Part shown: positions 23,772 to 36,017 of the stretch, piece after piece
How positions within the stretch are numbered: position 1 is the stretch's first letter
Layout of the letters: every line of letters begins with the position of its first letter
From: Chiloscyllium plagiosum
Lineage: Eukaryota
Reading direction: 5' to 3'
Assembly (NCBI RefSeq): GCF_004010195.1
Contig: NC_057719.1
Span: 80,116,709-80,180,708 of the forward strand
Length of the DNA: 64,000 bases
The notes under the pieces: generated by a model
The model's database searches: none
What the model was told of the DNA's origin: nothing
What the model saw: only the letters and a program-made list of their open reading frames with translations
Translations under genes and position numbers: made by a program

Positions 23772-24839
23772 AAAAAAATAAATCTATACTTATGTGGCGT
23801 TTTCCACAAGTTCAGGGAGTCGCACTGTTATTCGCAGAAGCACTGTTTCAATATGTGGTCACCCTTGCGTGAGGTTGTAGAAACCACCATGACACAGGAG
23901 ACTGAACCTGCAGATCCTCCTCAGGAATTCGTTTCAACCACTTCTCAGCTGAAGGGAGAGATGGAGGGGGGAAGCCCCTGGGTGAGGAAGGGACCAGGGA
24001 GCCCCCTCCCTGAGCAAATCAGAATGGATGAGGGGGCACAGAGTCATGTCTCAGCCCTGCAGGTTTCACCATGAGGAAGGGCAAGCAGAGGGAGAGGTCC
24101 CAGCCTCATTAAATGATCAAAGATTCACTTGGGGGTGCAGTCGGTGGTGGCGGCTGGGAGCGGTTGGGGAGAGCTGTATTTGACTGCAGTCTGTCAATGA
24201 TTAATCAAGAGGCAGTGAATTCGAGCTGAACCTTCGGTCAGAGTTCACATCGCCACACACACACACACCCAGGCCGAGAGAGGTCAGGGCGTTGGGGCAA
24301 TAGGGAAGATTGCAGCCAGGAGGGTCACCCACAGGTTGGCTGGCCCCTTTGTAAATGGGCGACAGACACAAGCGAAAAAGGAACATGCCGTGTTCAGCAA
24401 CCACAGGGAGGTACCATTAAGGAGATGGTAAACTTTGAGGATTGTAGAAGATCCTCACACAGCTTCATTCAACGGGGCTTTTCGCCCTGATGATCCCCCA
24501 AGGCCGATGTTTGCCCCTCTCTCAACATCATGGAAACTGTCACAGCTGGGATCCTACTGTGCACGAACGGGCTGCTCGACCTTTCTCACCTTACTACCAG
24601 TGACCAGGTAGTTGATGTGGGCTCCCTGGCGTTTGGCATGCCCTGATGTTGGGGAAAGGTTTCATACAAAACGCACATGCTTCTCCCCACCCACCCCAAT
24701 ACAACTCTTGCAGAGAGGGCACCGCTTGTCACTGGCCCCTCGGGAGTGTTTTTTTTTCCCCTTGCTGGCAATGGAATGTGAATCAGGCTTTCCTGCACTG
24801 CCGTTTCTTCACTGTGGGCGAAAGTGGGTACATCATTCC

Positions 24840-24867
24840 CTGATGAAAGGCTTTTGCCCGAAACGTC
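24840..24867 (+). ncRNA. Minimal hammerhead motif (Penelope family A)
   Basis: CTGATGA-A-AGGC-TTTT-GCCC-GAAA-CG-TC, followed by the family A tail to about 24925. Confidence 0.5.
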
Positions 24868-27800
24868 GGTTCTCCTGTTCCTCGGATGCTGCCTGACCTG
24901 CTGTGCTTTTCCAGCAACACATTCTAATCTTGTTTCTTCAATATGTCCTACACCTACATGCATGGTGTGCTGTTTGACAACGCTGCATAGTTTGACTTTA
25001 AACTTATTTACAGTGCACATTCAGATCACACGGTCAGATACAGCAGCAGCAATAGGGCGCAAGGATCAATTGCTGACATTTACTCACCACCTTACAATAA
25101 GTGAACCATCTGATTCACTGGACGGTTTAAATAGCACTGAACCAACAAGCACATCCTAAAGAGCTCTGGCCTTCCACCTTTGACACCGTGTTCCATTCGC
25201 ATAGCAATTGTTGGCAAATGTTAGTTGGAAGGGCTGGGAAATGGCAGGCAAGCTGGGAACGGCGAGTGGATCAGGATTAAGGGATTGAGATGGACGCAGG
25301 GTTTAGGCGGGTGCGGTGGGAGCTTGCAAATTGGGTCCAAGGTTCAGTTCTGATCGTTTGTTTTACAGTTGTTCTGATTCACATGACACGTCTTCTTAAA
25401 GGTTAAGAGTAAACACTGCTGCATTGTAAAACTCAACTGGGGAAGGGGGGAGAGCATGGGCTTTAAAAGGAGGCTGAAGTCCAAGGGATTTCAGGATATG
25501 GAGCGGGTACAGGCGGGAGGACGTTCCCAATCTGATCAGTCACAGCCAAGGGCGGAGCTGTCCAGAATGTTGTCAATTGGAAATATAAGGAATGAGAGGA
25601 AGAAAGTTCAATTCCTAAATGGCAGCTCTAAAAAGTGAGCGAGGGCGAGAAAAGGAGTGTGAAAGATAGCAACAAAACGAAAGAAAAGGGGACAAAAAAA
25701 ACAGGGAAAGAAGGAAAGAAAAAACAGAAAAAGAAAATTGAAAAGGGAAGACAAGTTAATAAAAGGAAAGAGAGAGAGAGAAAGAGAAAACATTATCTTA
25801 TTTTATTTACTTATTTATTCACTCAGCATGTCAATGCCCCATCTCTATAGAACCTGACCCTTATCTTGCAGGCGGTTGTTATGTTAAGATGTGAGTGACA
25901 CTGTTACTTTCTCATACAGCAGCCTGGTGCTAACTCTGAACAAAGGTGCCCCAGAGTGACATCGAGATAAGATATGTACTTTCGAGTCTGGGCCGGGGCG
26001 GAAGCTGAGGTTATGATGTTTCTCTCCCTACTTTCAGTTGCGTCAGTAACCAAAGGGTCTCAGTGTGTGAGCAATAAAAGGTTTCACATCGGGGTAGACA
26101 AAGCCACATCTTGTCAGCAGCTGCTGCGGGCCCGAGATACGGCCTGGTTCCCTCCCCCACTCCCTTCTCGTCCAGCCTTCACCGCAAGAAAGGAGGCAGC
26201 AGCTGGTGGCAAAGACAGGCTTAATGCTGGAGAATACAGCCAGCTGCCTCCTGCCAGATGGACCATCCCCTCAGACTCTGACAGCCGTCCCATTAAAAAA
26301 TGCTGTGCCCTAATGACGTGTGCCCAGTCCAGCCAAGGTGGTGCAGGGGGTGTGGATTGGTGCGGATCAAGGAAGCTGATGAATGCTTGGGCAAAGGCAC
26401 AAAGCACTCTTGTCATCTCAGTGTACACAGAGACTGCCCACCAGTCTCGGCCTACGCAGGAAAGGCTGCGCTGCCATCTCCCTGGCAAGGTGCCAATTCT
26501 AACTCCTCCTGCAACAGGATCCCAGGTGGTTGCTTGGAAGAAGACATGCTTGGTTCTCTCACTCTCTCTCACACACACACACACACACCACGAATATTTA
26601 TCCCTCAACCAACACCTCGAAAAGTGATCGCCGTGCTGTGTTTAGAGCACTTTGCTGTGCACGTTTCTCCAGGGCATTCTCTAGAATGAGAGGTGATCTC
26701 ACTGAACCCCAAAAAAGTACTGAAAGGGATAGACAGAGTTGGGATATGGAATGGGGGGCACAAGGGTTGGAGGAGGGGGAGCGGAGGTGCTGTGTAGGAC
26801 TGAAATGAGAAGGATTTATTTTTTTAAACTCAGTTTTGGAATTCTCTGCTCCACAGAGTTGCGGAAGACTCTGACTTTGAGACTGATAAATTTCAGATCA
26901 CTAACAGCATAAAGGTTTATGGTGATAATGTAGATAAGAGGCTCAGTTAGGCCTGAGCAGGCTCGATGGGCTGAACAGCCTGCGGTGAGCTCCTGCTGCT
27001 GCAGCACAGCAGTAACGAATCTTGCAGGAACCGGAGCGATGTGGGCTTTGGGCGCTTTTACAGCAGAATCAGTCAAGAATTCCAGCCTGGCCTCTCGACA
27101 CTGGGAGCATCTCTTTTTGCTTTCGTCAGTCAATAAGGCATGTTGCTGGCTGGGCAGCAGTAGGTTGCTAATTGAATGCTGCTTGGAGACCACTTGACAA
27201 AACACTGCCTCGCGTCAGCAACTAGCACCAAGGGGCTGCTGTAAAGACACCGAGCACACAGGGACAGCCACCCTGCTCACATCTCTCAGCTCATTCACTG
27301 AATGCCAACCAGCAAGATCTCTCCCATACCATACCAGTTTTCACATTGTTACTTCAGTCACGGGTTACTAGCGAAGCCATACTGATGTGCCCTTTTGCAC
27401 AGACATGCTACTTACTGTCAGAGATCTATCCCAAGCAGAGGTTGGGTGGGGTGCTTTGTTTATGAACAGCACAGAGACATCAATCTAACGCTTCCAGCAG
27501 ATGCCAGCTGCCTGTGTGGCAAGCACAAAGCACCTTCGCCCAACCAAATGGCCGTGTCAGAAACTGAGCAGGTGGTGGGTCCTCGATTCGGTCAAGCAGG
27601 ATTCCTGGTTCTTTCTATCACAAGCACAGTCTCCCCACTCACAGTCAGGGGGAGCAATCCCCGCACAGCCCAGCAAGCAGGTCATGGTCAGTCCTGTAGG
27701 CAGGCAAGGGAAGTGCACATCATCTGCAGGGAAGCTGCAAACACAGCGGTCAGTCATGTCTAAGGGCTACTCATCAAAGTGGGTCAGAAGTCTCGACAAA

Positions 27801-29219
27801 TAACATCCTGGGTGTCCATCTATTGAAAGTTAAGGCGAAGTGTAAGGAGGTCCAGTAGGGGTGAGCAGGGACATCATTACCAGAAGGAATGGGAATGTCC
27901 AGTGGGAACTTTGGGACAGGGTAGCAATGACATAGAGAGGATATTCACAACAGGATGTAACTGTGAACACAGGCAAAGTCTGGGGTCCAGAGGTGAAACA
28001 GTAACTAGAGTGAGAGAATGGGGATATACGAGCAAAGGAGTCATCCATTGTGCCCTAAAGCAGTGTGGATCTTTGGCTGCTGTGCCATTTTGCAATGCCA
28101 ATGCTGGATTGCCAACACTTGTGCAGGTGCACAGCAGTCTTTCAAAGATGGCACAGGCACCAGTCTTTCAGTGGGTATCCTCTGAGGACAGACTGGATAG
28201 AATCAGAATATAGAGATGGGACAGGTAATTATTGAGATGCATTTGGGGATGAAGAGTGAGAAAATTGTACTAAGCCCTCGCAGTGAAAACCACTCCAAAA
28301 TAAAAAAAACTCCATACAACTCGCATTTAGCCAACAGAGAAGATTTAATGCAACGTTTTGAAAAGTAATTAAGTGGCTGTGAGGTGCATTGGGAGATCTG
28401 AAACCGCAGAAATGCAAAGTCGGTGTCCCATTTACTTGAGAGACAATAAACCTGTGGACATCATCAGAGCAGGGGAGGGAAAAGATTGGTTTGTTGACAC
28501 TACACCAGTTTCGAGAGAAAAGAACATTACCAGGCAGCGGAAGTTGTGGGGAGTGGGGAGTGGGGGTGAGCTGATGCAGAGGGAATTCTGCCTAGTCATT
28601 GTGTCTGCCTATTGTTTCTGGTTATCCTGTATGTAGCTGAGGATCACTGGGTAAACACTCTCCGCACTCTGTCAGATTGTGGCTTCAAGTCTCACCCAGA
28701 CACACAGCGACACAATGTAAACTCCCACTCTCATTACGCGGGAGCACTGCTTTGACATCAGGGCTCCAGTGAATGTATTTATCTTGGAAAAAATAATAAA
28801 TAACCAACAAAGACCAACTCCCTAAAATGGTGGAGCAGCAAGCTGGCACCAAACCTGCCATCTGGGTCCCACACCTGGTGCTGATTGTGTTCAAGACCAG
28901 CCAGACAGTAACCGCAAGGTCTCAATCCAGGACCGACCCAGAGTTTGGGGTAGGGAGAGCATTTATGTCGCTTCAATGGGTAGACTCACTCCTGATAAAT
29001 GGCCATTCAGGCAAGGCCAGGTCACCTCAACGCTGGAGTGCCAAGTGAAAATGGCAAGCAGCTGTCATGTTACAGTGTGGAGGTTATTGGAAAGCAAATG
29101 TGGAATGCTGAGCATCACCCTCGCAAACCCAACGGCTGATGGACAAGCGGAGAATGCAAATCCAAGATGTTGGCCAATTGACAGTGACTTAGCAACACTG
29201 ACATTAGGAGTTGACATTC

Positions 29220-29765
29220 TACAGACGTGGAGGTGGCCATTTCTGGAGTGCTGTCTGCAGTTCTGGGCGCCCTGTTATAGGAAGCATATTTTTAAGCTGG
29301 AGAGGGTTCAGATGAGATTTACCAGGACATTGCCAGGAAAGGAGAGTTTGTCTTATGGGGACAGGCTGGGGCATTTTTCACTGGAGCATAGCAGAGTGAG
29401 AGGTGAACTTATAGAGGTTCATAAAATCAAGGGTGTGCGTAGATAAGGTGAATGGTAGCTGTCTTTTCCCTAGGGTGGGGGATTTCAAGGTCAGGGGGCA
29501 TACATTAAAAGGTGTGAGGAGAAAGATTTTAAAAAGACATATGGGGCAATTTTGTTTTTACACAGCAAGTGGTTTGGGTGTGGAATGAACTGCCAGAGGA
29601 AGTGGTGACTGCAGGTACAGTTACAACATTGAAAAGACATTTGGATAAGTCCATGACTGAGAAATGTTTGGAGAGATATGGGCCAAGCACAGGCAGATGG
29701 GACTAGTTTGGGATTGCGTTCAGCAGGGACTAGTTGGACCAAAGGGTCTGTTTCCATGCTCTATA
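29220..29765 (+). mobile_element. CR1 LINE 3' fragment
   Basis: LECCLQFWAPCYRKHIFKLERVQMRFTRTLPG..RGELIEVHKI. Confidence 0.9.
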
Positions 29766-30096
29766 AGGAGATCAGCTTCCTTTATCTCGCTCACTAACTG
29801 ATTGGGGGAGGGGAGGGGAGGGGGGGGGGGGGGGGGAGGGGCGGGGGAGTGACCTCTCCCCTCCAGATATTTTCACACCAGAGAGAGAACCGGATGGGAT
29901 GGGAAGTTTACACTCCAGCGACTGGACTCTCTTCAAGTGCATCAGCCCATACTTGGAAAGAAACAAGTTTTACTGGCACTGTTTAACGTAACAGAAACGT
30001 CCCAAGACACTTCCACAGAAAGGAGCAGAATTAGACATAATCTGACTCAGCCACATACTAAAGAGAAAGGGAGTAGGTGGACGTGGGGGAAAGCAG

Positions 30097-30460
30097 TGTG
30101 AGAGAGAGAGAGAGAGTGAGAGAGAGAGTGAGAGAGAGANNNNNNNNNNNNNNNNNNNNNNNNNNNNNNNNNNNNNNNNNNNNNNNNNNNNNNNNNNNNN
30201 NNNNNNNNNNNNNNNNNNNNNNNNNNNNNNNNNNNNNNNNNNNNNNNNNNNNNNNNNNNNNNNNNNNNNNNNNNNGAGTGAGAGAGTGTGAGAGAGTGTG
30301 AGAGAGTGTGAGAGAGTGTGAGAGAGTGTGAGAGAGAGACACACACAGACAGTGAGTGAGTGTGACAGACAGAGGAAAGAAGACACAGAGAGAGAGAGAG
30401 AGAGACAGACAGGGACAGACAGAGAGAGAGACAGACAGAGAGAGAGACAGACAGAGAGAG
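30097..30460. repeat. (GA)n/(GAGAGAGTGT)n tract around assembly gap 30140-30275
   Basis: Directly visible in the sequence. Confidence 0.95.
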
Positions 30461-30544
30461 GGCGAGGCAGCTGTCACCCTAATAAGGCAAACTATTGCTG
30501 GAGAGCTACTATGTACTACTATGATAGATATTGTTGAGTATTCC

Positions 30545-31030
30545 TAGGAATAAAAATACTTTGTCGAAACTTATCATCTTACGCTCATCAGGACAATCAC
30601 AGAATATTGATGTTAAAAAGTCAAAGGTGAATGTGAAGATTCATGCGCCCATCCCAGTTTACCATCATCAGTCACGCTCACAGTGTAGTATGCTTACATA
30701 TACATTAATACATAGGGCCCCCTTATTTACAGATAGAAAGATATACAGGACACGTTTAAACCTTTAACTCAACAAAATAGGTGACAAATATTTGCTGCGC
30801 CATGTCACGGTACAATGAAAGTTAAGTTGCTTAGGTTAAATTTAAACAAAGCTTGGAAATTAACTGCCAATAATCATTAACCGCTCTATCCTCCATGGCA
30901 ACTCCCTTTCCTCTTATACAGTATAAATCTTGATTTTCCTTGAGATTGGTATTCTTGCGAATTGTCCTGGTGAGTCCGAGCCAGAAAAGCTTTGATAAAT
31001 TGTGCTTTATTTTCAGAAATATTCCAGTGC
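30545..31030. mobile_element. Inverted-end element with two decayed hammerhead motifs (family D, probably Penelope-type)
   Basis: Motifs at 30561-30596 (-) and 30962-30998 (+) share TTGTC-CTG(A/G)TGA-G...GA(A/T)A-AG(C/T)T-T(C/T)-GA(C/T)AA. Confidence 0.55.
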
Positions 31031-32079
31031 TGCATGACTAAGACGACAAGGGAGATGGTCAGCCTTATTCCTTTGTGATTGAAAGCTGTTCGCCTGCTTG
31101 CGTTCGTGGGATATTGTCATTCCTCAGTTTTAACTCTTTCACAGCAAGATGGGCTGGGATTGAACCAGGCAGGCTGGGATGCACTGTAGATTTCCGTTCC
31201 TGAAGAATAACAACCGGGAGAGGGACAGTTCAGACTCCTGGTTGGAATTTAGTGGAGATGGGTTTACCATTCCCTCTCACACAGCGTTAGGTGAAAATCA
31301 TTCAGCTCAGTGGGTCCGTGCTGGTAATGCTCCCTCCCTACCCCGAATATACCTTAACATTTCTAACCCCCCCCTTTCTCTTGTTTCATTCACTCATGCT
31401 CCACGAGCTTTCTACTACATGTCCTCCTCTGATAGCTCCTGGAATATCTCAGGCCAGAGTTGGCAGCCCTGCCCAGAAACAAAATCCCTCATTCCCGGTG
31501 CAGTGTCCTGGACTTCAGCTTGGATTCCTCTATATGGCTTCTTAATCCTGCCAATAACCCTTAAATCCTGGAAGCTGGATCATCCTGGGGACATAGCAAC
31601 AAGGCCTAGGACAGTGAGGGGGCAAACAGCTGGACCCAGTAACTGAGGCCCTGGCCTCTAGGGGCCCACTAGGTTCAGGTCTTTTATGGGAATTATTCAC
31701 AGGATGTAGGCATCACTTATTGCCCGTCCCTAGTTGCCCTCGAGAAGGTGGTGGCCTTCTTGAACCGCTGTGGTAGGTATACAAGTATAAATTGTAGCAT
31801 TTCAAAAAGTGCTGAAGGAGGCCAGTTGGCCCATCATGCCTGTACCTGCTCTCAAGTGTAGTTGGAAAGCTTGATTGATCTGCTTTAACGGGGAGAAAGT
31901 GAGGACTGCAGATGCTTTAACATAATCTGCTTTAACATAAATCATTACAAGTTAAAAAGGGAGCATCACAAACTATACATCAACCTACAGGTCCTTGACT
32001 TGCAGGCCTTGTAGTCATGACAATATCCACATTATACTCAGCAATGAGGAGGTAATCAGTCGATTAATCCATGAAGAAT

Positions 32080-32675
32080 TGCTTCCAAGTAGATAAGATG
32101 GTAAAGGCGGCATACAGCATGCTTGTCTTCATTGGTTGTAGCATTGAGTATAAAAATTGGCAGCTGTACAAGACTTTAGCTAGACCACATTTGGAGCATT
32201 GTGTGCAGTTCCGGTTGCCACATTACAGGAAGGATATGGAGACATTGGAGGGTGCAAAAAAAAACTACAAGGGGAGGTTGGACAAATTTAGATTGACACT
32301 CTAGTGAAAACATAGGCCGAGGGGCAACCTAATAGAAGTATATAAATTTGAGAGAACCATAGATAAAGTGGACATGTCGAATACGGGGTAGCATAGGTTT
32401 AAGGTGAGAAGGGGGACAATTTTAAGGAGATGTGCGAGGCAAGTGTTCTTTTTGCTCAGAAGGTGGTAGGTGCTCGGAGCGTACTGCCAGGTGAAGCAGT
32501 AGAAACAGGTACAATAGCAACATTTAAGAGGCATTTAGACAGACATGTGAGCAGGTAAGGAATACAGGGATAGGGGCCATGTGCTGGTAGATGGGATTAA
32601 TTGAGAATGGCATCATTATTGGCAGAGACATATTGGGCTGAAGGGCCTGTTCCTGTGTTGTACTGTTCTGTGTTC
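32080..32675 (+). mobile_element. CR1 LINE 3' fragment
   Basis: QVDKMVKAAYSMLVFI..LYKTLARPHLEHCVQF. Confidence 0.88.
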
Positions 32676-33215
32676 TCACTAATTGTTTGTGTCAGTCTAT
32701 AAATGCCACAATAAAGGGGATGTGTGTTTTAGGGCCCAGCAAGAGGAGGGAGGGGGGTGGGGGGAGTTACTGCACAGGTACCTTGACCAAAGCATGTGTA
32801 TCAACAGGTGGGACTGGTCAATAGGAATCTGTGTAATGATGTCTCAGATCCACAATGCCATTGGCACGCTGAAAGCAGCACACTGGACCCGAAAGCTTAA
32901 CTGTTTGCTTTCTCTCCACAGATGCTGCCAGACCTACTGAATTTCTCCAGCAGTTGCTGTTTGTGCTTCAGTAACTGTCGGAAGCAGTGTCCTTGGGTCA
33001 GGGGGTGTGGCCCTACGTTGTTTTGTTCAATCAAATATGTTTGCGTCATGTTTGTGAACAATATAAAATGCTGCTTGATTCTCTCTCTCTCTCTCTCTCG
33101 TTGCCTGGGGATCACACCCAGTCTGTTTCATTCGGCTATCCTGCGGACACCAATAAACCAAAGTGTTCTGGAAATACTCAGCAAGTCAGGCAGCTGCTGA
33201 GGATACTGTGATCAA

Positions 33216-33309
33216 TGACCAGGCACCCACCAAAAACATCACCGCTGACCAGGCACCCACCAAAAACATCACCGCTGACCAGGCACCCACCAAAAACATC
33301 ACCGCTGAC
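33216..33309. repeat. Perfect 30-bp tandem repeat x3
   Basis: tgaccaggcacccaccaaaaacatcaccgc at 33216, 33246 and 33276. Confidence 0.97.
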
Positions 33310-33474
33310 ATTTATCCTAGCTGTTTAGTTCAGTTTCTCTTTTTTTTCCACCCGTGTGTGGGAGGCTGGGAATGGGTTTGTTCTTTTGCTGTAGGCACTC
33401 CCTTCATCCACTGGCCTCAGCCCAAAAGGAAGGTCAGTGCTGCACAGCACTGCCTCTGATGGGAGGTAGGTATG

Positions 33475-33960
33475 GGGCGGGAGAAAAAAGAGATAGGCGG
33501 GGGTTGGGAAAGAGGGAGAGAGGCGGGGGTGGGGAGAAAAGGAGGGAAGGGAAGGGGAGAGAGACAGAGACAGAGAGGGAAGGGGAGAGAGAGAGAGATA
33601 CAGATAGAGAGATGCGGAAAGTAGGTGGGTGGGGGGTGGGAAGAGAGACAGAGACAGACAGAGAGATAGGGGTACAGAGATGGGGGGTGGGGAAGAGACA
33701 GACAGATAGAACCAAAGTACAGTGATATGTATTTAGTTCCCATCCAGTCAACGGTGCTTCTCGGCAGTATCCTGACTTCCTCAGTTCCAGCCTCCCCTGT
33801 ACAGCAGTGTATGGGGTCATTGGAAATCAACAAGACAGGAGAAGGTTGTGATGTTGTCACACTCACCGTCCACACGTACACGTACGTATACACACACACA
33901 TACACGTACACACACACACACACACACGTACACACAGTCCCCTCTCTCTCCCACACACAT
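33475..33960. repeat. GA-rich tract (33475-33710) and (CA)n tract (33870-33960)
   Basis: Directly visible in the sequence. Confidence 0.9.
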
Positions 33961-35673
33961 AGATGCTGGGTTGCTGCTTGCCCACATAGACAGATGAGCT
34001 CATTTCCTCAGGATCCAGCTGTCTCTTTCCTGATGGAAACAGGGCTCGGTCATGGCCGGCTCTTAACGTACAAACACTGACAGGAACACTGCCCACGTCA
34101 CGAGCAACATTCCATGATGAGAAACACCCCTTCTCGACCTTTCTACTCTTTTTAAGAGAGAACTTCAATGGGTTAGACAGTCCCTGATGGGACACTAGCC
34201 AGATCAGAACAGCCAATGGAAACTTATAGAGCTGTGTCAGAAAATCACAAAAATATTAACTCAAACTATCACATTGGGGTAATGAGGGAGCCCAGCTCCA
34301 CTGTGCCCACCAGTCCCTACAGTGCCAACAGGCACATGCCCCCACTCAATGGGCATCTGAAAAGGGACAGACAGCAGGTACTAGGATCCCCTCCATGGCC
34401 CAGTGCCTACACACACACACACACACAAAGCAATGGGAGTGGGTCAGTTTCCCTCAAGCCCACTGCATTTCTGAGCAGCTTCAATTCCGGGCAATGTACC
34501 ACAGTCACGAGGATGGAGACGGCCTAGGCCTGTGTATTGGATATCACTGATGCCCCTTCAGCTGATTATAGGATCTCTACGGTGCAGAAAGAGGCCATTC
34601 AGTCTATCTAGTATGCGCCAACCCTCCGAATAGCACCCCACCCAGACCCAACTCCCTCCACCTTATCCCCACGGCCTCAGTGTTTCCCAGTCCCCTCCTC
34701 CACCTTTCATTGAAAATCTCGCAGACAGAGAAACCAGTTTCTAAGCAACAGCTCCCTAACAACAGCCACCCACTCCCTGCCTCATGACAGCCCAAGGCAC
34801 TTTAGAGGTGTCGTCACTGTTGTAATGCAGGAAACTCAGAGCTTGTTGTGCGCACAGTCAGCAACCGGATCACGATAAGGAGATCTGTTCTAATGATGCT
34901 GATTGAGGGATAAATGTTGGTTAGGACATGAACAAGACCTTTCCTGCTATTCTTCATATTGAGGCACCTGAAATCTTGGATGCTGACCAGGGCCTCAATC
35001 TAATGCCTGACACTCAGAGTCCATTTCTTGGGGGAGAAATATTCAACACCATCAGCATTTTGTTCGGAGAATTAAGTTTTCAAGTCAAACACATTTAAAT
35101 AGTATTCTCACTCCCCTGTCTCTGCTCGGCTATAGAAGAACTATGAGCAGGAGTAGGCCTTTCGGCCCATCAAGCCTGCTCTACCAGTCAAGAAGATCAT
35201 GGCTGATCTTTTTATAGCCTCAGCTCCACCTACCCGCCCTCTCACCCATATCCCTTAATTCCTTTACTGTTCAAAAATCTATCTTTGCCTTAAAGACATT
35301 CAGCGAGGTAGCCTCAACTGGGCTGGAAATTCCACATCGTCACAACCCTTTGGAGGAAGATGGTCCTCCTCCGCTCACTCCCAAATCTGTTGCCCCCTTA
35401 TTTCTGAGGCCACCTCTCCTCCCCGTTCTAATTTCACCCATCCATGGAAACAACCTCCCTGCTTCTAAAACATCCACTCCCTTCATAATTAATAAGATCC
35501 ATCACCCCCCCCCCCCCCCCCCCCCCCATCACCCCCCCCCCCCCCCCCCTCAACTGGAGGTGCACTCTGCCTTTGCAAGCTGTCCGACCACAGGGGCCCT
35601 CGTCATCCAGAGCCCATTAGAACAGCAGCCTATAGCTGAGGCAGGTGGGTTCCACGTCCCCTTTCCCTGTTAA

Positions 35674-36017
35674 GGGTGGCATGGTGGCTCAGTGGTTAGC
35701 ACTGCTGCCTCACAGTGCCAGGGACGTGGGTTCGATTCCAGCCTTGGGCGACTGTGTGTAGAGTTTGCACATTCTCCTCATGTCTGTGTGGGTTTCCACC
35801 AGGTGCTCTGGTATCCTCCTACAGTCCGAAAATGTGCAGGTCAGGTGAATTGGCCGTGCTAAATTGCCCGTGTTCAAGGATGTGTAGGTGATGTGCATTA
35901 GTCAGGGGTAAACATAGGGGAATGGGTCTGGGTGGGTTACTCTTCGGAGGGTCAGTGTGGACTTGTTGGGCCGAAAGGCCTAATTCCACACTGTAGGGAT
36001 TCTATGATTCTTCTATG
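35674..36017 (+). mobile_element. HE1-like V-SINE
   Basis: gggtggcatggtggctcagtggttagcactgctgcctcacag..gggttcgattcc..ccacactgtagggattctatg. Confidence 0.9.

Noticed and set aside
24487..24510. Additional hammerhead at ctgatgatccccc
   Set aside because: No stem II or GAAA box follows.
25974..26627. 217-aa ORF as a nested gene
   Set aside because: No recognisable domain, it includes microsatellite sequence, and similar-length ORFs overlap on both strands.
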